Source: Verrucomicrobiota bacterium (lineage in GTDB: Bacteria; Verrucomicrobiota; Verrucomicrobiia; Chthoniobacterales; JAFAMB01). From it: 64,000 nt of DNA. Positions 26,868 through 37,397 of this stretch are shown here, piece by piece; the stretch's first letter is position 1; every line of letters begins with the position of its first letter. Location: positions 13,265-77,264 of the forward strand of contig JAFBAP010000159.1 in assembly GCA_019247695.1 (NCBI GenBank), given 5' to 3'. The notes below the pieces were generated by a model that had not been told where the DNA came from, did no database searches, and saw nothing but the letters and a program-made list of their open reading frames with translations. The position numbers and the translations under genes are program-made.

Positions 26868-27444
26868 TGGCTATTGAATCAATCTGCAATGCAGTAATCG
26901 GCGGCGGACAGTCAGTCCAAACGACCCAGTCCGCCCGGCGCATCTTTTCTTCCAAAGGCATTTGCGCGTTGATTATTCGCGCGGCCATCTCCAGAGGCAG
27001 GCTACGTCCTGTGGTTAGCCGTTGAATTTGAGACGCCCGGCTGCACGCGGTTACGATGATAGAATCAAAATGTTTTTCGGCTTTGGTCTCGTAAAGCAGC
27101 GGGATTTCCGCCAACAGCAAATCCTGCCCGCACAAGCGATTTAACCAAGCCTCGCGTATTCGGGGGTGCAGAATTCCCTCCAAGCTCTTTCGGGCCGCAA
27201 CGTCTCCGAATACAAGCGCACGCAATTTTTCGCGCACCAGCTTGCGATTGGAGTCAAAAACGGTCTCTCCAAAAGCCGACCTAATCTCCTCTTGTACAAC
27301 GAAATCGGCTTCCGTCAATCTCCGAGCTTCAACATCGGCGCTAAAAGCCGTCACCGGCAACCGCTCGCGAAGGCGCTCAAGGAGGATTTGGCTGACGGTA
27401 CTTTTGCCGGTAGCGATACCGCCCGTGATTCCGATCGCAGCCAT
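26827..27444 (-). CDS. coaE: dephospho-CoA kinase
   Basis: P-loop 'IGITGGIATGKSTV'; length ~200 aa; 'LLAEIPLLYE'. Confidence 0.8.
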   Translation of the reverse strand: MAAIGITGGIATGKSTVSQILLERLRERLPVTAFSADVEARRLTEADFVVQEEIRSAFGETVFDSNRKLVREKLRALVFGDVAARKSLEGILHPRIREAWLNRLCGQDLLLAEIPLLYETKAEKHFDSIIVTACSRASQIQRLTTGRSLPLEMAARIINAQMPLEEKMRRADWVVWTDCPPPITALQIDSIASELNKRYGGAAAS

Positions 27445-27508
27445 GTGGTTCCGGGTCAGGCACCCGGCGCGTGCGTTTAGCGTGCGTTTAGCGTGCGTTT
27501 ACTTACCT

Positions 27509-28468
27509 TTACGAAGCAAGCCTTTCGCGGAAATACTCGATGGTCTGCCGGATGCCGGCGTCGAACTCAACCCGGGGCTCCCAACCCAAGAGCTTGCGGG
27601 CGCGAGTGATGTCGGGTTGGCGCACTTTCGGATCGTCGACCGGCAACGGTTTGTACTCGATCCGGGATTTTGTTCCGGTGATCTCCCGGATTTTTTCGGC
27701 GAATTGCTGAATGGTCATCTCCTGGGGGTTTCCGATGTTTACCGGGCTGTGATAGTCGCTCATCGCGAGCCGGAAGATGCCGTCGATGAGGTCCGATGCG
27801 TAGCAAAAGCTCCGGGTTTGCCCGCCGTCGCCGAACACGGTCAGCGGCTCGCCGTTCAAAGCCTGGCTGATGAAGGCCGGTACCACCCGTCCGTCCCTCA
27901 GGCGCATACGCGGCCCGTACGTATTGAAGATGCGGACAATTTTGGTGTCCACCCCATGGAAGCGATGGTACGCCATCGTCATGGCCTCGGCGAAACGCTT
28001 GGCCTCGTCGTAAACGCCCCGCGGACCGATCGGGTTCACGTTGCCCCAGTAATCCTCATTCTGCGGGTGAACCAGTGGATCGCCATAGCATTCCGAAGTC
28101 GACGCCAACAGGAACGTCGCGCCTTTGTCCTTCGCCAACCCAAGGGTGTTATGCGTGCCGAGCGCCCCAACCTTGAGCGTCGGAATGGGGTGCTCCAGGT
28201 AATCCACCGGGCTGGCCGGCGAAGCGAAGTGGAACACGAAATGCACCGGGCCCGGCACAAAGATAAATTCCGAAACGTTGTGCCGGATAAATTTAAAATC
28301 CGGGTTGCCGGCCAGGTGAGCGATGTTGTCCGGATTGCCCGTGATCAGGTTATCGATCGCGATGACCCGGAAACCTTCCATCAGCAAGCGGTCAGAAAGG
28401 TGAGACCCCAGGAACCCGGCGCCCCCGGTTACGACCGCGGTTTTTTTCGATGATTGCGTTTCAAACAT
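27509..28468 (-). CDS. UDP-glucuronate decarboxylase (UDP-xylose synthase)-like NAD-dependent epimerase/dehydratase
   Basis: '[14 protein letters not shown]', 'STSECYGDP', '[14 protein letters not shown]', '[10 protein letters not shown]', '[11 protein letters not shown]'. Confidence 0.8.
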   Translation of the reverse strand: MFETQSSKKTAVVTGGAGFLGSHLSDRLLMEGFRVIAIDNLITGNPDNIAHLAGNPDFKFIRHNVSEFIFVPGPVHFVFHFASPASPVDYLEHPIPTLKVGALGTHNTLGLAKDKGATFLLASTSECYGDPLVHPQNEDYWGNVNPIGPRGVYDEAKRFAEAMTMAYHRFHGVDTKIVRIFNTYGPRMRLRDGRVVPAFISQALNGEPLTVFGDGGQTRSFCYASDLIDGIFRLAMSDYHSPVNIGNPQEMTIQQFAEKIREITGTKSRIEYKPLPVDDPKVRQPDITRARKLLGWEPRVEFDAGIRQTIEYFRERLAS

Positions 28469-28490
28469 GGTATAAAGGTAAACGCCACAG

Positions 28491-28731
28491 ACTCAGTAAC
28501 GGGTAACGGGTAACGGGTAATGGGTAACGGGTAACGGGTAATGCGTAACGGATAATGGGTGCGGTTCGCCGTTCGCCGTCTACCCTTAAGCTGTGTCCGG
28601 CGGTGCAATCTGTGGATGATTCTTCTTTTCTGCGTGTTCTGCGGCTGATTTCTGCCTTTCTGCGGATCCGCCGCGTGATCGAACCCGCTACCCGCTACCC
28701 GTTACGCGTTACCGGTTACCGGTGACTGAGT
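28491..28731. repeat. palindromic element with GTAACGG heptamer arms (word-repeat family B) and a TTCTGCG core
   Basis: The left arm 'actcagtaacgggtaacgggtaacgggtaatgggtaacgggtaacgggtaatgcgtaacgg' is inverted at 28676-28731 ('cccgctacccgctacccgttacgcgttaccggttaccggtgactgagt'). The core 'cttttctgcgtgttctgcggctgatttctgcctttctgcgg' is shared with family A. Confidence 0.9.
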
Positions 28732-28734
28732 TCA

Positions 28735-29430
28735 TCAGCCGACCGCGGGCTTCGTCCCATACGTATGGCGAATGTCTTCCGCCTGCTCCACCCAAATGGT
28801 GTCTTCGGCGATGTTGGTGGCGTGGTCGCCGATGCGCTCAAGGGCACGTGCCACGAAGATAAGGCTGAGGTAACTGGGAATTGCTTCGGGCTTTGCCGCC
28901 ATCCTGATCGTCAACTCCTCGCTCAAAGCCGTATTAAGCTGGTCAAGGTAACGGTCACGGGGCTTCAACTTCCGCGCCAGGTCGGCGTCGCCTTCGACAA
29001 ACGCATGCAGGCTGTCACGCAGCATGCTTTTCGCCTCGCGGAACAACGGTTCGAGCAAGGCAACCTCCGGAATGGCCGGTTCCACGTTAAGTTTTCTGGC
29101 CCGCCGGGCGATGGAAACCGCCTGATCGGCCACCCTCTCGAGGTTGGTGCTCAGTTTCATCGTGGAAATGACCTGCCGCATATCCGACGCAACCGGGTGA
29201 AAGCGGATCAAGAGGTCCACGCCGACGCGGTCAATCTGTTTTTCCAGCACGTCGATCTCCTCGTCGTCGGCCACCGACTGGTTGGAAAGGTCGCTGTTCC
29301 GCGTGAGCAAACCTTCCATCGCGCTATCGAACAGGCGCTCCGTCAGGCTTGACATCATGAGGGCATCGTTTTTCAACGCGTTGAGTGCCGCATCAAAGGC
29401 GCCTTGGATGTGCTTACCGCGATCGGCCAT
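28735..29430 (-). CDS. phoU: phosphate signalling complex protein PhoU
   Basis: Two PhoU repeats: 'DEEIDVLEKQIDRVGVDLLIRFHPVASDMR', 'LERVADQAVSIA', 'LERIGDHATNIAE'. Confidence 0.85.
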   Translation of the reverse strand: MADRGKHIQGAFDAALNALKNDALMMSSLTERLFDSAMEGLLTRNSDLSNQSVADDEEIDVLEKQIDRVGVDLLIRFHPVASDMRQVISTMKLSTNLERVADQAVSIARRARKLNVEPAIPEVALLEPLFREAKSMLRDSLHAFVEGDADLARKLKPRDRYLDQLNTALSEELTIRMAAKPEAIPSYLSLIFVARALERIGDHATNIAEDTIWVEQAEDIRHTYGTKPAVG

Positions 29431-29593
29431 AGTCTATTCCTCCTTGACCATTTGGGATTAAGAAACGTTTGTGGACTGGCAGACACCGGGAGGCATCCGG
29501 CGGGTTTCACGTTCCGTCAAAGCCACGTTTTCATAAAAAACATGATGTTTACAGAAAACGCGACCAATGCCTAGCACGGAACACAAAAATTGT

Positions 29594-31297
29594 TTACATC
29601 CGTTCCGGTACCTCGATGCCGAGCAGTCCCAGGCCGGCCCGGACCACGCGGCCGACGGTCTCACACAGCGCCAGCCGGGTCGCCCGTTGCGGTTCCGGGG
29701 CCGAAAGCACGGGGCATGCCTCGTAGAAAACATGGAACACCGCGGCCAGCTCGTAGAGATAGTTGGCCAGCACGTTCGGACGGAACCCGTCGAGAATGGC
29801 CGGGACAACCTCGGCAAACTGCACCAACGCCCTGGCCAGCTTCAATTCCGCCGCCTCCGTGAACGTCAGCGCCTCCGGAAGGGCAAACGTCCGCGGCAGC
29901 TTCCGGAAAATGGCCCGGCTTCGCACATAGGCGTTCTGCAGATACGGAGCGGTGTTGCCGTGCAGTGAAAGCAGTTTGTCCCAGGAAAACACGTAATCCG
30001 TCATGCGGTGCTGTGATAACTCAGCGTACTTGACGGCGCCGAGGCCGACGATCTCCGCGATGCGGCGGCGCTCGGCTTCAGAGAGGTCCGGGTTTTTCTC
30101 CGCGACGAGCGCGCCGGCCCGGTCGATGGCTTCCAGCAGCAATTCGTCCAGGGGCACCGAGTCACCGGACCGGGTTCGCATGAGTTTGCGATCCTCGCCG
30201 AGGATGCTGCCGAAGGCGATGTGTTCCAGGTCGATCTTGACGCCCAACCGGCGTGCAAGGCTGAACAGCTGTTTGAAATGCAACTGCTGCGGCGCGCCGA
30301 CGACGTACCAGATCGCGTCGGGCTGCCAGCGCTCCAGACGGTAGCGCAAGGTGGCCAGGTCGGTCGCAGCGTATCCGAATCCGCCGTCGGACTTGCGGAC
30401 GATGAACGGGTCATCGGAAAGGGAGTGGTCCCAGTAGACCAGGGCCCCGGCGCTTTCCTCCAGGATCCCCTCCTTCTGCAAGGACGCGGCCAACGCCGCC
30501 AGCCGCTCGTGGTAGAAGCTTTCGCCGAGTTGCTCGTCAAAACGAACGTTCAGCAACCGGTAAACGCGGGAGAACTCCTGCATTGAACGGCTGACGCACT
30601 CGTGCCATATGCGCCGGTTTTCGGGGTCACCCTGCTGCAATTTTACCAACTCCTCCCGGCAGCGGTCGAGAACGCCCGGATCGGCCGCGGCCGCACCGTC
30701 AGCCTGCCGGTAGATGCGGACTAACTCGGCCACCGGATGAAGTTCAAGCGCCTTTTGGTCCAGAAAATTCTTCCACCCATAAATTACCTTGCCGAACTGG
30801 GTACCCCAATCCCCGAGGTGATTATCGGTGATGACGTGGTGGCCCAGAAACCGGCTGACGCGGGCCAGCGTGTCTCCGAGGATGGTCGAGCGAATGTGCC
30901 CGACGTGCATCGGCTTGGCGATATTCGGCGAGCTGAAATCGATAATGATGGTCTTTGCCGGCGATGCGACGGGGACACCCAGCCGTTCGTCATGGGCCAT
31001 TTCCGCCACCTGGCCGGCCAGAAAATCGGCCCCGAGCCGGAAATTGATGAACCCGGGGCCGGCGATTTCAGGCGCGGGTCCCAGGTCCGAGACCTGGAGC
31101 GCGGCTACGATCCGGCCGGCGAGCGCCCGCGGGTTCTGTCCGACCCGTTTGGCGTACGTCATAGCGACGTTGGTCTGGTAGTCGCCGAAACGCGGGTCCG
31201 TCGCGACCGTAACCTGGGGGCGTTCGTCGGGATCGAGCCCGATGCGCACGAGTGCGTCGCGCAGACGCTCCTGCAGCGTCGAAACTACCGGCGACAT
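29594..31297 (-). CDS. argS: arginine--tRNA ligase
   Basis: 'SSPNIAKPMHVGHIRSTILGD' (HIGH-type motif), 'MRTRSGDSV', and the C-terminal DALR anticodon-binding end '...LGIEVPERM'. Confidence 0.9.
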   Translation of the reverse strand: MSPVVSTLQERLRDALVRIGLDPDERPQVTVATDPRFGDYQTNVAMTYAKRVGQNPRALAGRIVAALQVSDLGPAPEIAGPGFINFRLGADFLAGQVAEMAHDERLGVPVASPAKTIIIDFSSPNIAKPMHVGHIRSTILGDTLARVSRFLGHHVITDNHLGDWGTQFGKVIYGWKNFLDQKALELHPVAELVRIYRQADGAAAADPGVLDRCREELVKLQQGDPENRRIWHECVSRSMQEFSRVYRLLNVRFDEQLGESFYHERLAALAASLQKEGILEESAGALVYWDHSLSDDPFIVRKSDGGFGYAATDLATLRYRLERWQPDAIWYVVGAPQQLHFKQLFSLARRLGVKIDLEHIAFGSILGEDRKLMRTRSGDSVPLDELLLEAIDRAGALVAEKNPDLSEAERRRIAEIVGLGAVKYAELSQHRMTDYVFSWDKLLSLHGNTAPYLQNAYVRSRAIFRKLPRTFALPEALTFTEAAELKLARALVQFAEVVPAILDGFRPNVLANYLYELAAVFHVFYEACPVLSAPEPQRATRLALCETVGRVVRAGLGLLGIEVPERM

Positions 31298-31298
31298 G

Positions 31299-31799
31299 TC
31301 AGGAAGCCTGGGCCCGCGGGGCCCGGTGATCGAAAATCGCGAGGATTTCCTCCGCCGAATCGGCCCGGCTTAACTGTTCGCGGACCGATTTGTCGTTCAG
31401 GAATTTGGCGATGGCCGCAAGGGTCCGGAGGTGAACCTGGAACTGATCTTTCGGTACAATAAACAACACGATAAAGCGCACGGGCGAGTTATCGAGCGAA
31501 TCGAATTCGATGCCGGTCGTGGACCGTCCGAATGCCGCTACCACTTCAGAAACGTGTACAGAGGACGCGTGCGGGATGGCGATGCCGAACCCGATGCCCG
31601 TGCTCATGGTTTCCTCGCGCTGCCGCAGGGCAGCCAGGATCGAGTCACGATTTTTTGGCTCCACGCGCCCCTTGGCAACGAGCAGATCAATCAGCTCAAC
31701 AATCGCCGCCCACCTCTCGGTGGCGCGCATTTCCGGAATGATTTGGTCTACAGAAAGTAGGGAGCCTAAAGTCATAGCTCGCAGACGGAGATTCCGCAC
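31299..31799 (-). CDS. ptsN: PTS EIIA(Ntr)-type nitrogen regulatory protein
   Basis: 'REETMSTGIGFGIAIPHA' (phosphorylatable His context), 'VRFIVLFIVP'. Its stop is 1 nt from the argS start. Confidence 0.75.
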   Translation of the reverse strand: MRNLRLRAMTLGSLLSVDQIIPEMRATERWAAIVELIDLLVAKGRVEPKNRDSILAALRQREETMSTGIGFGIAIPHASSVHVSEVVAAFGRSTTGIEFDSLDNSPVRFIVLFIVPKDQFQVHLRTLAAIAKFLNDKSVREQLSRADSAEEILAIFDHRAPRAQAS

Positions 31800-31936
31800 C
31801 TTAACAGGCGCGAGATCTTTGACAAGAAGGTTTCAATTGAAAGATCGGAACCTTTCTCACAGGCTATCAAATTGCAAGGGCCAACGATTTACGTAGTACA
31901 AAGCAAGGAGCAAGGCCGCAAACCCAGGACTATATC

Positions 31937-33385
31937 ATGAAAATCATTATGGCTTCCAGTGAGCTCGTTCCGTTTGCTTATACGGGAGAGCTTGGCAGGA
32001 ATGTACGTACGCTGGCTGTTGAACTAAAGAAGGCAGGTCACGACGTCAGTGTGGTATTGCCTTACTACCGGTCGATCGCGGAGGGCGGGCATAAGGTTAG
32101 TCCGACCGACGTGGAATTCCAGGTTAACCTGGGCGGCAAACGGGCATCGGCGGATATTCTGGAGACCCGGAGCGAAGACGGGGTTCAGATCTTCCTGGTC
32201 CGCCGCGACGAGTACTTCGACCGTTCCTCGATTTACGGGGACAACCGGGCCTACGAGGACAACGCCGAACGATTCATCTTCTTTGCCAAGGCGGTCCTGG
32301 AACTGTCACGCCGTTTGACGCCCACGCCGGACGTGGTCCATGGTCACGAGTGGCCGACGGCCCTGATCCCGGTCTTTGCCAAGGAACGCCAGCTCCCGTT
32401 TCAGACCGTCCTGTCCATTTACGACCTGAAGCACCAAGGCTCCTTCTGGAGTTTTGATTTCGGGTTGACCAACCTGCCCGGCCACTATTTCAGCGCTCGC
32501 GGCGTTGAGTTCTACGGCCGGTTGAATTTCCTTAAAGGCGGCATTCTGTTCGCGGATGCGATCGTTCTGCCCGGAGAACCCGCCATGTTCGAGGCGTTCA
32601 CCCAGGAAGGCGGTTGCGGGCTCGACGCGGTGCTGCAGGAGAACTCCGCGCGCGTCCACGGGATTTTGCTCGGGAATGATTACACGACCACCAACCCGCC
32701 GCTTGACGGCTTGGTCAGGGGTGGTGTGCCGTCCGGCGTGGTTGCCGCCAAGGCCGCCTACCGCCAAGCGCTCGCCTCGCGTCTCGGCCTCTCGCTGGCC
32801 CCCGATGACGTGCTGACGGCGGTGCCCCTGAATCCGGGCGATCAACAGGTGCTCGCCTCCATCGTCCCGATTACCGATCTCATTCTGACCAGCGGCTTCC
32901 GGCTGGTTCTGACCGGCGAGGTCCCGGCTGGCGCACGCGCCAAGGCGATCACCGCTTCCCGGCGGTACCCCGGAAAATTTACGACGGTGCAGGAATCGCC
33001 GGGAACGGACGGCTACGCCTTGGCCCTGGCGGCGGCCGACCTGATCCTCGTTCCTTCGTCGCTCGGCTACCGGGCCCAGCCCGTGATTGCTTCGCTGCGG
33101 TACGGCACCCTCCCGGTTATCCGTTTCCGGCGTGGCCTGGTTCAACTGGTCACCGACGTCCAGCCGGCCGGCCAGACCGGCGTCAGCTTCGTCTATCACC
33201 ATAGCCGGCCGGAGGGCGTCTTCGATGCGCTGCGCCGCGCGCGATGGCTCCGGCAAGACACCCAGGTCTGGCATGAACTGGTGAACCGGGCCGCTCACCG
33301 CGACTTTTCCTGGCCGCAAACCGCGACCGACTACGGAACGCTCTACGCGGAACTGGTGCGGCACCGGCAGGCCGTGCCGGCCTAG
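31937..33385 (+). CDS. glgA: glycogen synthase (GT5)
   Basis: 'MKIIMASSELVPFAYTGELG', 'VVHGHEWPTALIP', 'NFLKGGILFADAIV'; ~480 aa. Confidence 0.8.
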   Translation: MKIIMASSELVPFAYTGELGRNVRTLAVELKKAGHDVSVVLPYYRSIAEGGHKVSPTDVEFQVNLGGKRASADILETRSEDGVQIFLVRRDEYFDRSSIYGDNRAYEDNAERFIFFAKAVLELSRRLTPTPDVVHGHEWPTALIPVFAKERQLPFQTVLSIYDLKHQGSFWSFDFGLTNLPGHYFSARGVEFYGRLNFLKGGILFADAIVLPGEPAMFEAFTQEGGCGLDAVLQENSARVHGILLGNDYTTTNPPLDGLVRGGVPSGVVAAKAAYRQALASRLGLSLAPDDVLTAVPLNPGDQQVLASIVPITDLILTSGFRLVLTGEVPAGARAKAITASRRYPGKFTTVQESPGTDGYALALAAADLILVPSSLGYRAQPVIASLRYGTLPVIRFRRGLVQLVTDVQPAGQTGVSFVYHHSRPEGVFDALRRARWLRQDTQVWHELVNRAAHRDFSWPQTATDYGTLYAELVRHRQAVPA

Positions 33386-33423
33386 CGTCTACTTGGTGCC
33401 GGCACTGCCCGAATTCCCCAATC

Positions 33424-34803
33424 ATGCTCCCCCACGTTATCGTCCCTCCTCCCGGTCCCGAATCGAAGCGCCTGGCGGAAACGCTGGCGCGTTACGAAAA
33501 CCGGAACGTCACCTTCCTCAGCGACGAGTTCCCGGTTTTTTGGGAACGCGGGAGGGGCGTTAACGTCTGGGATGCGGATGGGAACCGTTACCTTGACCTG
33601 ACGGCCGGGTTCGCCGTTGCGGGCCACGGCCACGCCTGTCCGGAGATCGTTCAAGCCGCCCATGACCAGGCGCAACGGCTCTACCACGCCATGGGCGACG
33701 TCCACCCTGCCGCGCTTAAGGCGGACCTCTGCCGGAATCTGAGCCGGATCACCTTTGAACGCTGGGGTTTGGGCTTCGGAAAAGTCACCCTGACCAACTC
33801 CGGCTTCGAAGCGGTCGAGGTGGCGCTCAAAACCTCGCTCCTGCACAGCCGAAAGCCGGGCGTCATCGCCTTTACCGGCGCTTACCACGGGCTGGGTTAC
33901 GGGGCCTTGGATGCCATCGGGATCGCTTGGTTTCGTGACCCGTTCAGGGAACACCTGCGCGAGTTCACCGCCCGCGTCCCCTACCCGAATTGTTTTCGTT
34001 GCCCGTTCGGCCGGGCCGAAGGTCATCGCCTTGAGGGAAGCCAGTTCCCGAATTGCGCCACCTCCTGCCTGCAGCAAATCGAGGAACAGCTCGTCAAGAT
34101 CATCCGGCAACGTCCCGTCGGCTGCATCGTGGTCGAACCGTGCCAGGGACGCGGCGGAGAAGTCATCCCGCCGCTGGATTTCCTGCGCTTGCTCCGGCAC
34201 CTTTGCGATACTTACAAGATCCTGCTCGTTTTCGATGAGATCTACACCGGGTTCAATCGTACCGGCGCATTGTTTGCCGCCGACCGGTTCCAGACCTACC
34301 CTGACCTGATCTGCATCGGCAAAGGTTTAACGTCCGGGTTCCCGTTATCGGCCTGCATCGGGCGCGCCGAAATCATGGAGGCGTGGCCAAAATCGGCGGG
34401 TGAAGCCCTGCATACCAGCACTTTCCTGGGCAACCCGGTCGGTTGCGCGATGGCGCTGGCCTCGGTCGCCCTGCACCTCGTGCCGGAACTCCCCCGCCGG
34501 GTACGGGAACTGGGACGTTATTTTCTGGAGCGGTTACGCCGGTTGGAGAGTCCTGCCATCGGGCATGCGCGGGGCCTGGGCCTGATGCTGGGATTGGAAC
34601 TCATTCAAAACGACGGTTCCCCTGACCCTTCGCTGACCGGCCGGATCGTGATGCGGGCCCTGCGCGATGGCGTGCTGCTGCTGGGAGGCGGCCCCGCCCG
34701 CAATGTCTTGAGCTTTACCCCGCCCTTCAGCATCGCGCAGCCGGAGATCGATTTCGTCTGCGAACGTCTTCAGGCGTATTTGCGTTTCGGATCCGTCTCG
34801 TAA
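33424..34803 (+). CDS. class-III pyridoxal-phosphate aminotransferase (acetylornithine/GABA aminotransferase family; specificity unknown)
   Basis: 'NSGFEAVEVALK', 'LVFDEIYTGFNRTG', 'ICIGKGLTSGFPLSA', 'HTSTFLGNP'. Confidence 0.75.
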   Translation: MLPHVIVPPPGPESKRLAETLARYENRNVTFLSDEFPVFWERGRGVNVWDADGNRYLDLTAGFAVAGHGHACPEIVQAAHDQAQRLYHAMGDVHPAALKADLCRNLSRITFERWGLGFGKVTLTNSGFEAVEVALKTSLLHSRKPGVIAFTGAYHGLGYGALDAIGIAWFRDPFREHLREFTARVPYPNCFRCPFGRAEGHRLEGSQFPNCATSCLQQIEEQLVKIIRQRPVGCIVVEPCQGRGGEVIPPLDFLRLLRHLCDTYKILLVFDEIYTGFNRTGALFAADRFQTYPDLICIGKGLTSGFPLSACIGRAEIMEAWPKSAGEALHTSTFLGNPVGCAMALASVALHLVPELPRRVRELGRYFLERLRRLESPAIGHARGLGLMLGLELIQNDGSPDPSLTGRIVMRALRDGVLLLGGGPARNVLSFTPPFSIAQPEIDFVCERLQAYLRFGSVS

Positions 34804-35081
34804 TCGAGCACCAGTAATTCGGAGGTGTTCCGCTTGACGATCTCCTCGATGAACTTGATGTAAATGGGATCTTCTTTGAAGATCGACATCTTCTCTTTTG
34901 AGTCGAACTCCACGGCCACGAAGAATGGCCATTCGTTCTTCGGGTCGATCCGCCGGCCGCACCGGACGTTCAAGGCAACCGGAATTTTCAACAGCTGAAT
35001 GCGGGTGTGCATCATCATCTCCTCAAGCTGTTGAGGCGTAACCTCCGGCTTCAGTTTGTACAAAACGAGATGATGGATCAT
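34770..35081 (-). CDS. Dabb-family stress-responsive alpha/beta-barrel protein
   Basis: 'MIHHLVLYKLKPEVT' and 'WPFFVAVEFDSKEKMSIFKEDPIYIKF'. The start is ATG at 35081. Its 3' end overlaps the convergent aminotransferase by 34 nt. Confidence 0.65.
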   Translation of the reverse strand: MIHHLVLYKLKPEVTPQQLEEMMMHTRIQLLKIPVALNVRCGRRIDPKNEWPFFVAVEFDSKEKMSIFKEDPIYIKFIEEIVKRNTSELLVLDYETDPKRKYA

Positions 35082-35131
35082 TGCGGCGTCTTCTTCTAGA
35101 AACTCGAGACCTCCTAGGCAAGGAATATCCA

Positions 35132-35953
35132 ATGCGCGCCTGGCGGAAAATAACAAGCCCGAGCCGCGTGGAAGGCTGGGCGCAACGCCTCGGCGACGCT
35201 TTCGGCTCGGAACGCCTGGTCATCACCGAAACTGGCCGCAGCGCCCGGCTGGAAATCTTCGCGCTGACCGAGGCCGAAGCGACCGCGTTGTGCGGGCAGT
35301 TCGGCGGAGAAATCCGGGATCTGGCCGCGTCGAATGCGGACTGGGCTCGTTCCGTGGTGCAGCACCGGCCGATCTCAATCCGGGGGCGGCTCCTGGTGTA
35401 TAATACCGAGCCGCCGCCCGAAGCCAGGGCCGGGAATGAAAAAGCCTTGTACATTCCGGCCGGAATGGCGTTTGGCACCGGCGACCACGCCACGACTGCC
35501 ACGTGCCTGCGCTTGCTGTGCGACCGGGCCGGTTCTCTGCCGGCCGGCTGGTCCTTCCTGGACATCGGCTGCGGCACGGGCATCCTGGCGCTCGCGGCGG
35601 CCAAACTCGGCGCCCGCCAGGCAGCGGGCTTTGACCTCGACGCTGCGGCCGTTCGCATCGCTCGCGAAAACGCGAGCTTAAACCGGCCCCTGAAAGCGCG
35701 CTTTTTCAGGGCGGACCTCTTCGAGTTCACGTCGCCGGAGCCGTATGACGTGGTCGCCGCCAACGTCTACTCCGAAGTTCTGGTGCAGGCAGCCCGCAAG
35801 GTCTGGGCCGCGGTGAAGCCGGGCGGCATCCTGATCGTTTCAGGCATCCTGCGCGCGCAGATCGGCGATGTGCAGGCCGCCTTCGGCCGCCTCGGCGCCA
35901 CATCCCGGTCCGCACGGCTCCGCGGCAAATGGGGAACGCTGGAATTTCGGTGA
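35132..35953 (+). CDS. prmA: ribosomal protein L11 methyltransferase
   Basis: 'IPAGMAFGTGDHATTATCL', SAM motif 'FLDIGCGTGILALAAAKLGA', 'VVAANV', 'ILIVSGIL'. Confidence 0.8.
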   Translation: MRAWRKITSPSRVEGWAQRLGDAFGSERLVITETGRSARLEIFALTEAEATALCGQFGGEIRDLAASNADWARSVVQHRPISIRGRLLVYNTEPPPEARAGNEKALYIPAGMAFGTGDHATTATCLRLLCDRAGSLPAGWSFLDIGCGTGILALAAAKLGARQAAGFDLDAAAVRIARENASLNRPLKARFFRADLFEFTSPEPYDVVAANVYSEVLVQAARKVWAAVKPGGILIVSGILRAQIGDVQAAFGRLGATSRSARLRGKWGTLEFR

Positions 35954-36233
35954 ACAGAGGATGCCACAGATGCCTGGCTTCCCTCAGCGTCGTTTCGGCC
36001 CTAACTCAACGCCACACGTCGAAGGGCGGAACGTGGTAAAAATCAAGAACGCCAAAACAACCGAACGCTTGCCGCCGGGGACCCGCTGCCGGCACCAAGT
36101 CTCTGACTGCCGATGCGTGACGCGCTCAAGAATGTACGATTAAAGGGCGGGCCTTCATTCGTGGCATTCTCCGTCTTGGGGCATTTCCTTGGTTGAAAAC
36201 CAAGGTTGGCACATATACTCGTAAGTCCATTTT

Positions 36234-37397
36234 ATGCAACTCTCTTCACGAGCCACAAGTCTTACGCCCTCGCTTACGCTTTCGGTCGACAGCAAAGCAA
36301 AAGCGATGAAAGCGGAGGGCATCGATGTGTGCAGCTTTGGTGCGGGAGAACCGGATTTTGACACGCCCGAACACATCAAGGCAGCGGCTATTGCCTCGCT
36401 GGAAGCCGGCTTTACCAAGTACACCCCTAGTTCAGGCATTCCCGAACTTCGTCAGGCCGTCGCGGACAAACTCTTGACCGATAATCACCTGGATTACAAA
36501 CCGTCACAGGTCATCCTGAGCTGCGGGGCCAAACACTCGTGCTACAATGCCGTCCTGGCCACCTGCCAGCCGGGCGACGAGGTCATCATCCCTGCCCCGT
36601 ACTGGCTCAGCTACCCGGAAATGGTGCGCCTCGCCGGCGCCGAACCCGTGTTTGTCTCCACCAGTGAGGAAAATGGCTGGAAGATCACCGCCGAAGAGTT
36701 CGAGAACGCAATGACGCCGCGGACAAAAATGATCATTCTCAACAGCCCCGGCAACCCGACGGGGGTGGTCTATTCCCGCGATGAACTGGAAGCGCTTGGG
36801 TCCGTCGCGGTTGAAGAGGAGATCCTTATCCTGTCCGACGAGATCTATGAGAAACTCGTGTACGACGACGCGCAGCATCACAGTATCGGGTCGCTGGGCA
36901 CGGAATTTTATAATCTCACCATCACGGTGAACGGCTTCAGCAAATCGTATGCGATGACCGGATGGCGTTTGGGTTACCTGGCTGCGCCGGAACCGATCGC
37001 GAAGGCGGTCGACTCGATCCAGAGCCACGTCACTTCCAACCCGTGTTCTTTTGCCCAAAAGGGCGGGTTGGCGGCTCTGAAGGGGGACCAGCAACCGGTC
37101 GTCGACATGCGCGACGAATTTAACCTGCGCCGTGAGTACATGATTGAACGGTTAAGCAAAATCCCCAACGTGAGCTTCGTCCGGCCTTCCGGTGCGTTTT
37201 ACATTCTGGTCAACATCCAGAAACTCGGATTGAATTCCCAGAACTTTGCGGACCGGCTGCTGAGCAAAGCCAGCGTCGCCGTGGTACCGGGAATCGCGTT
37301 CGGCGACGATCGCACCGTGCGCCTGAGTTACGCGACCAGCCTGGACATCATCAAAAAGGGCCTGGACCGCTTCGAAGAATTTTGCCGGACCTTGTGA
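36234..37397 (+). CDS. class-I PLP aminotransferase (aspartate aminotransferase type)
   Basis: 'SFGAGEPDFDTPEHIK', 'YTPSSGIPELR', 'ILNSPGNPTGVVY', 'TVNGFSKSYAMTGWRLGY' (Lys in SKS), 'RLSYATS'. Confidence 0.85.
   Translation: MQLSSRATSLTPSLTLSVDSKAKAMKAEGIDVCSFGAGEPDFDTPEHIKAAAIASLEAGFTKYTPSSGIPELRQAVADKLLTDNHLDYKPSQVILSCGAKHSCYNAVLATCQPGDEVIIPAPYWLSYPEMVRLAGAEPVFVSTSEENGWKITAEEFENAMTPRTKMIILNSPGNPTGVVYSRDELEALGSVAVEEEILILSDEIYEKLVYDDAQHHSIGSLGTEFYNLTITVNGFSKSYAMTGWRLGYLAAPEPIAKAVDSIQSHVTSNPCSFAQKGGLAALKGDQQPVVDMRDEFNLRREYMIERLSKIPNVSFVRPSGAFYILVNIQKLGLNSQNFADRLLSKASVAVVPGIAFGDDRTVRLSYATSLDIIKKGLDRFEEFCRTL

Noticed and set aside
28497-28560. The regularly spaced short direct repeats (GTAACGG arrays, and also the 42-bp x3 repeat at 21479-21617) considered as CRISPR arrays.
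   Set aside because: The repeats are contiguous, with no unique spacers of 25-40 nt. The units are 7 nt or 42 nt without spacer alternation. There are no cas genes in the window.
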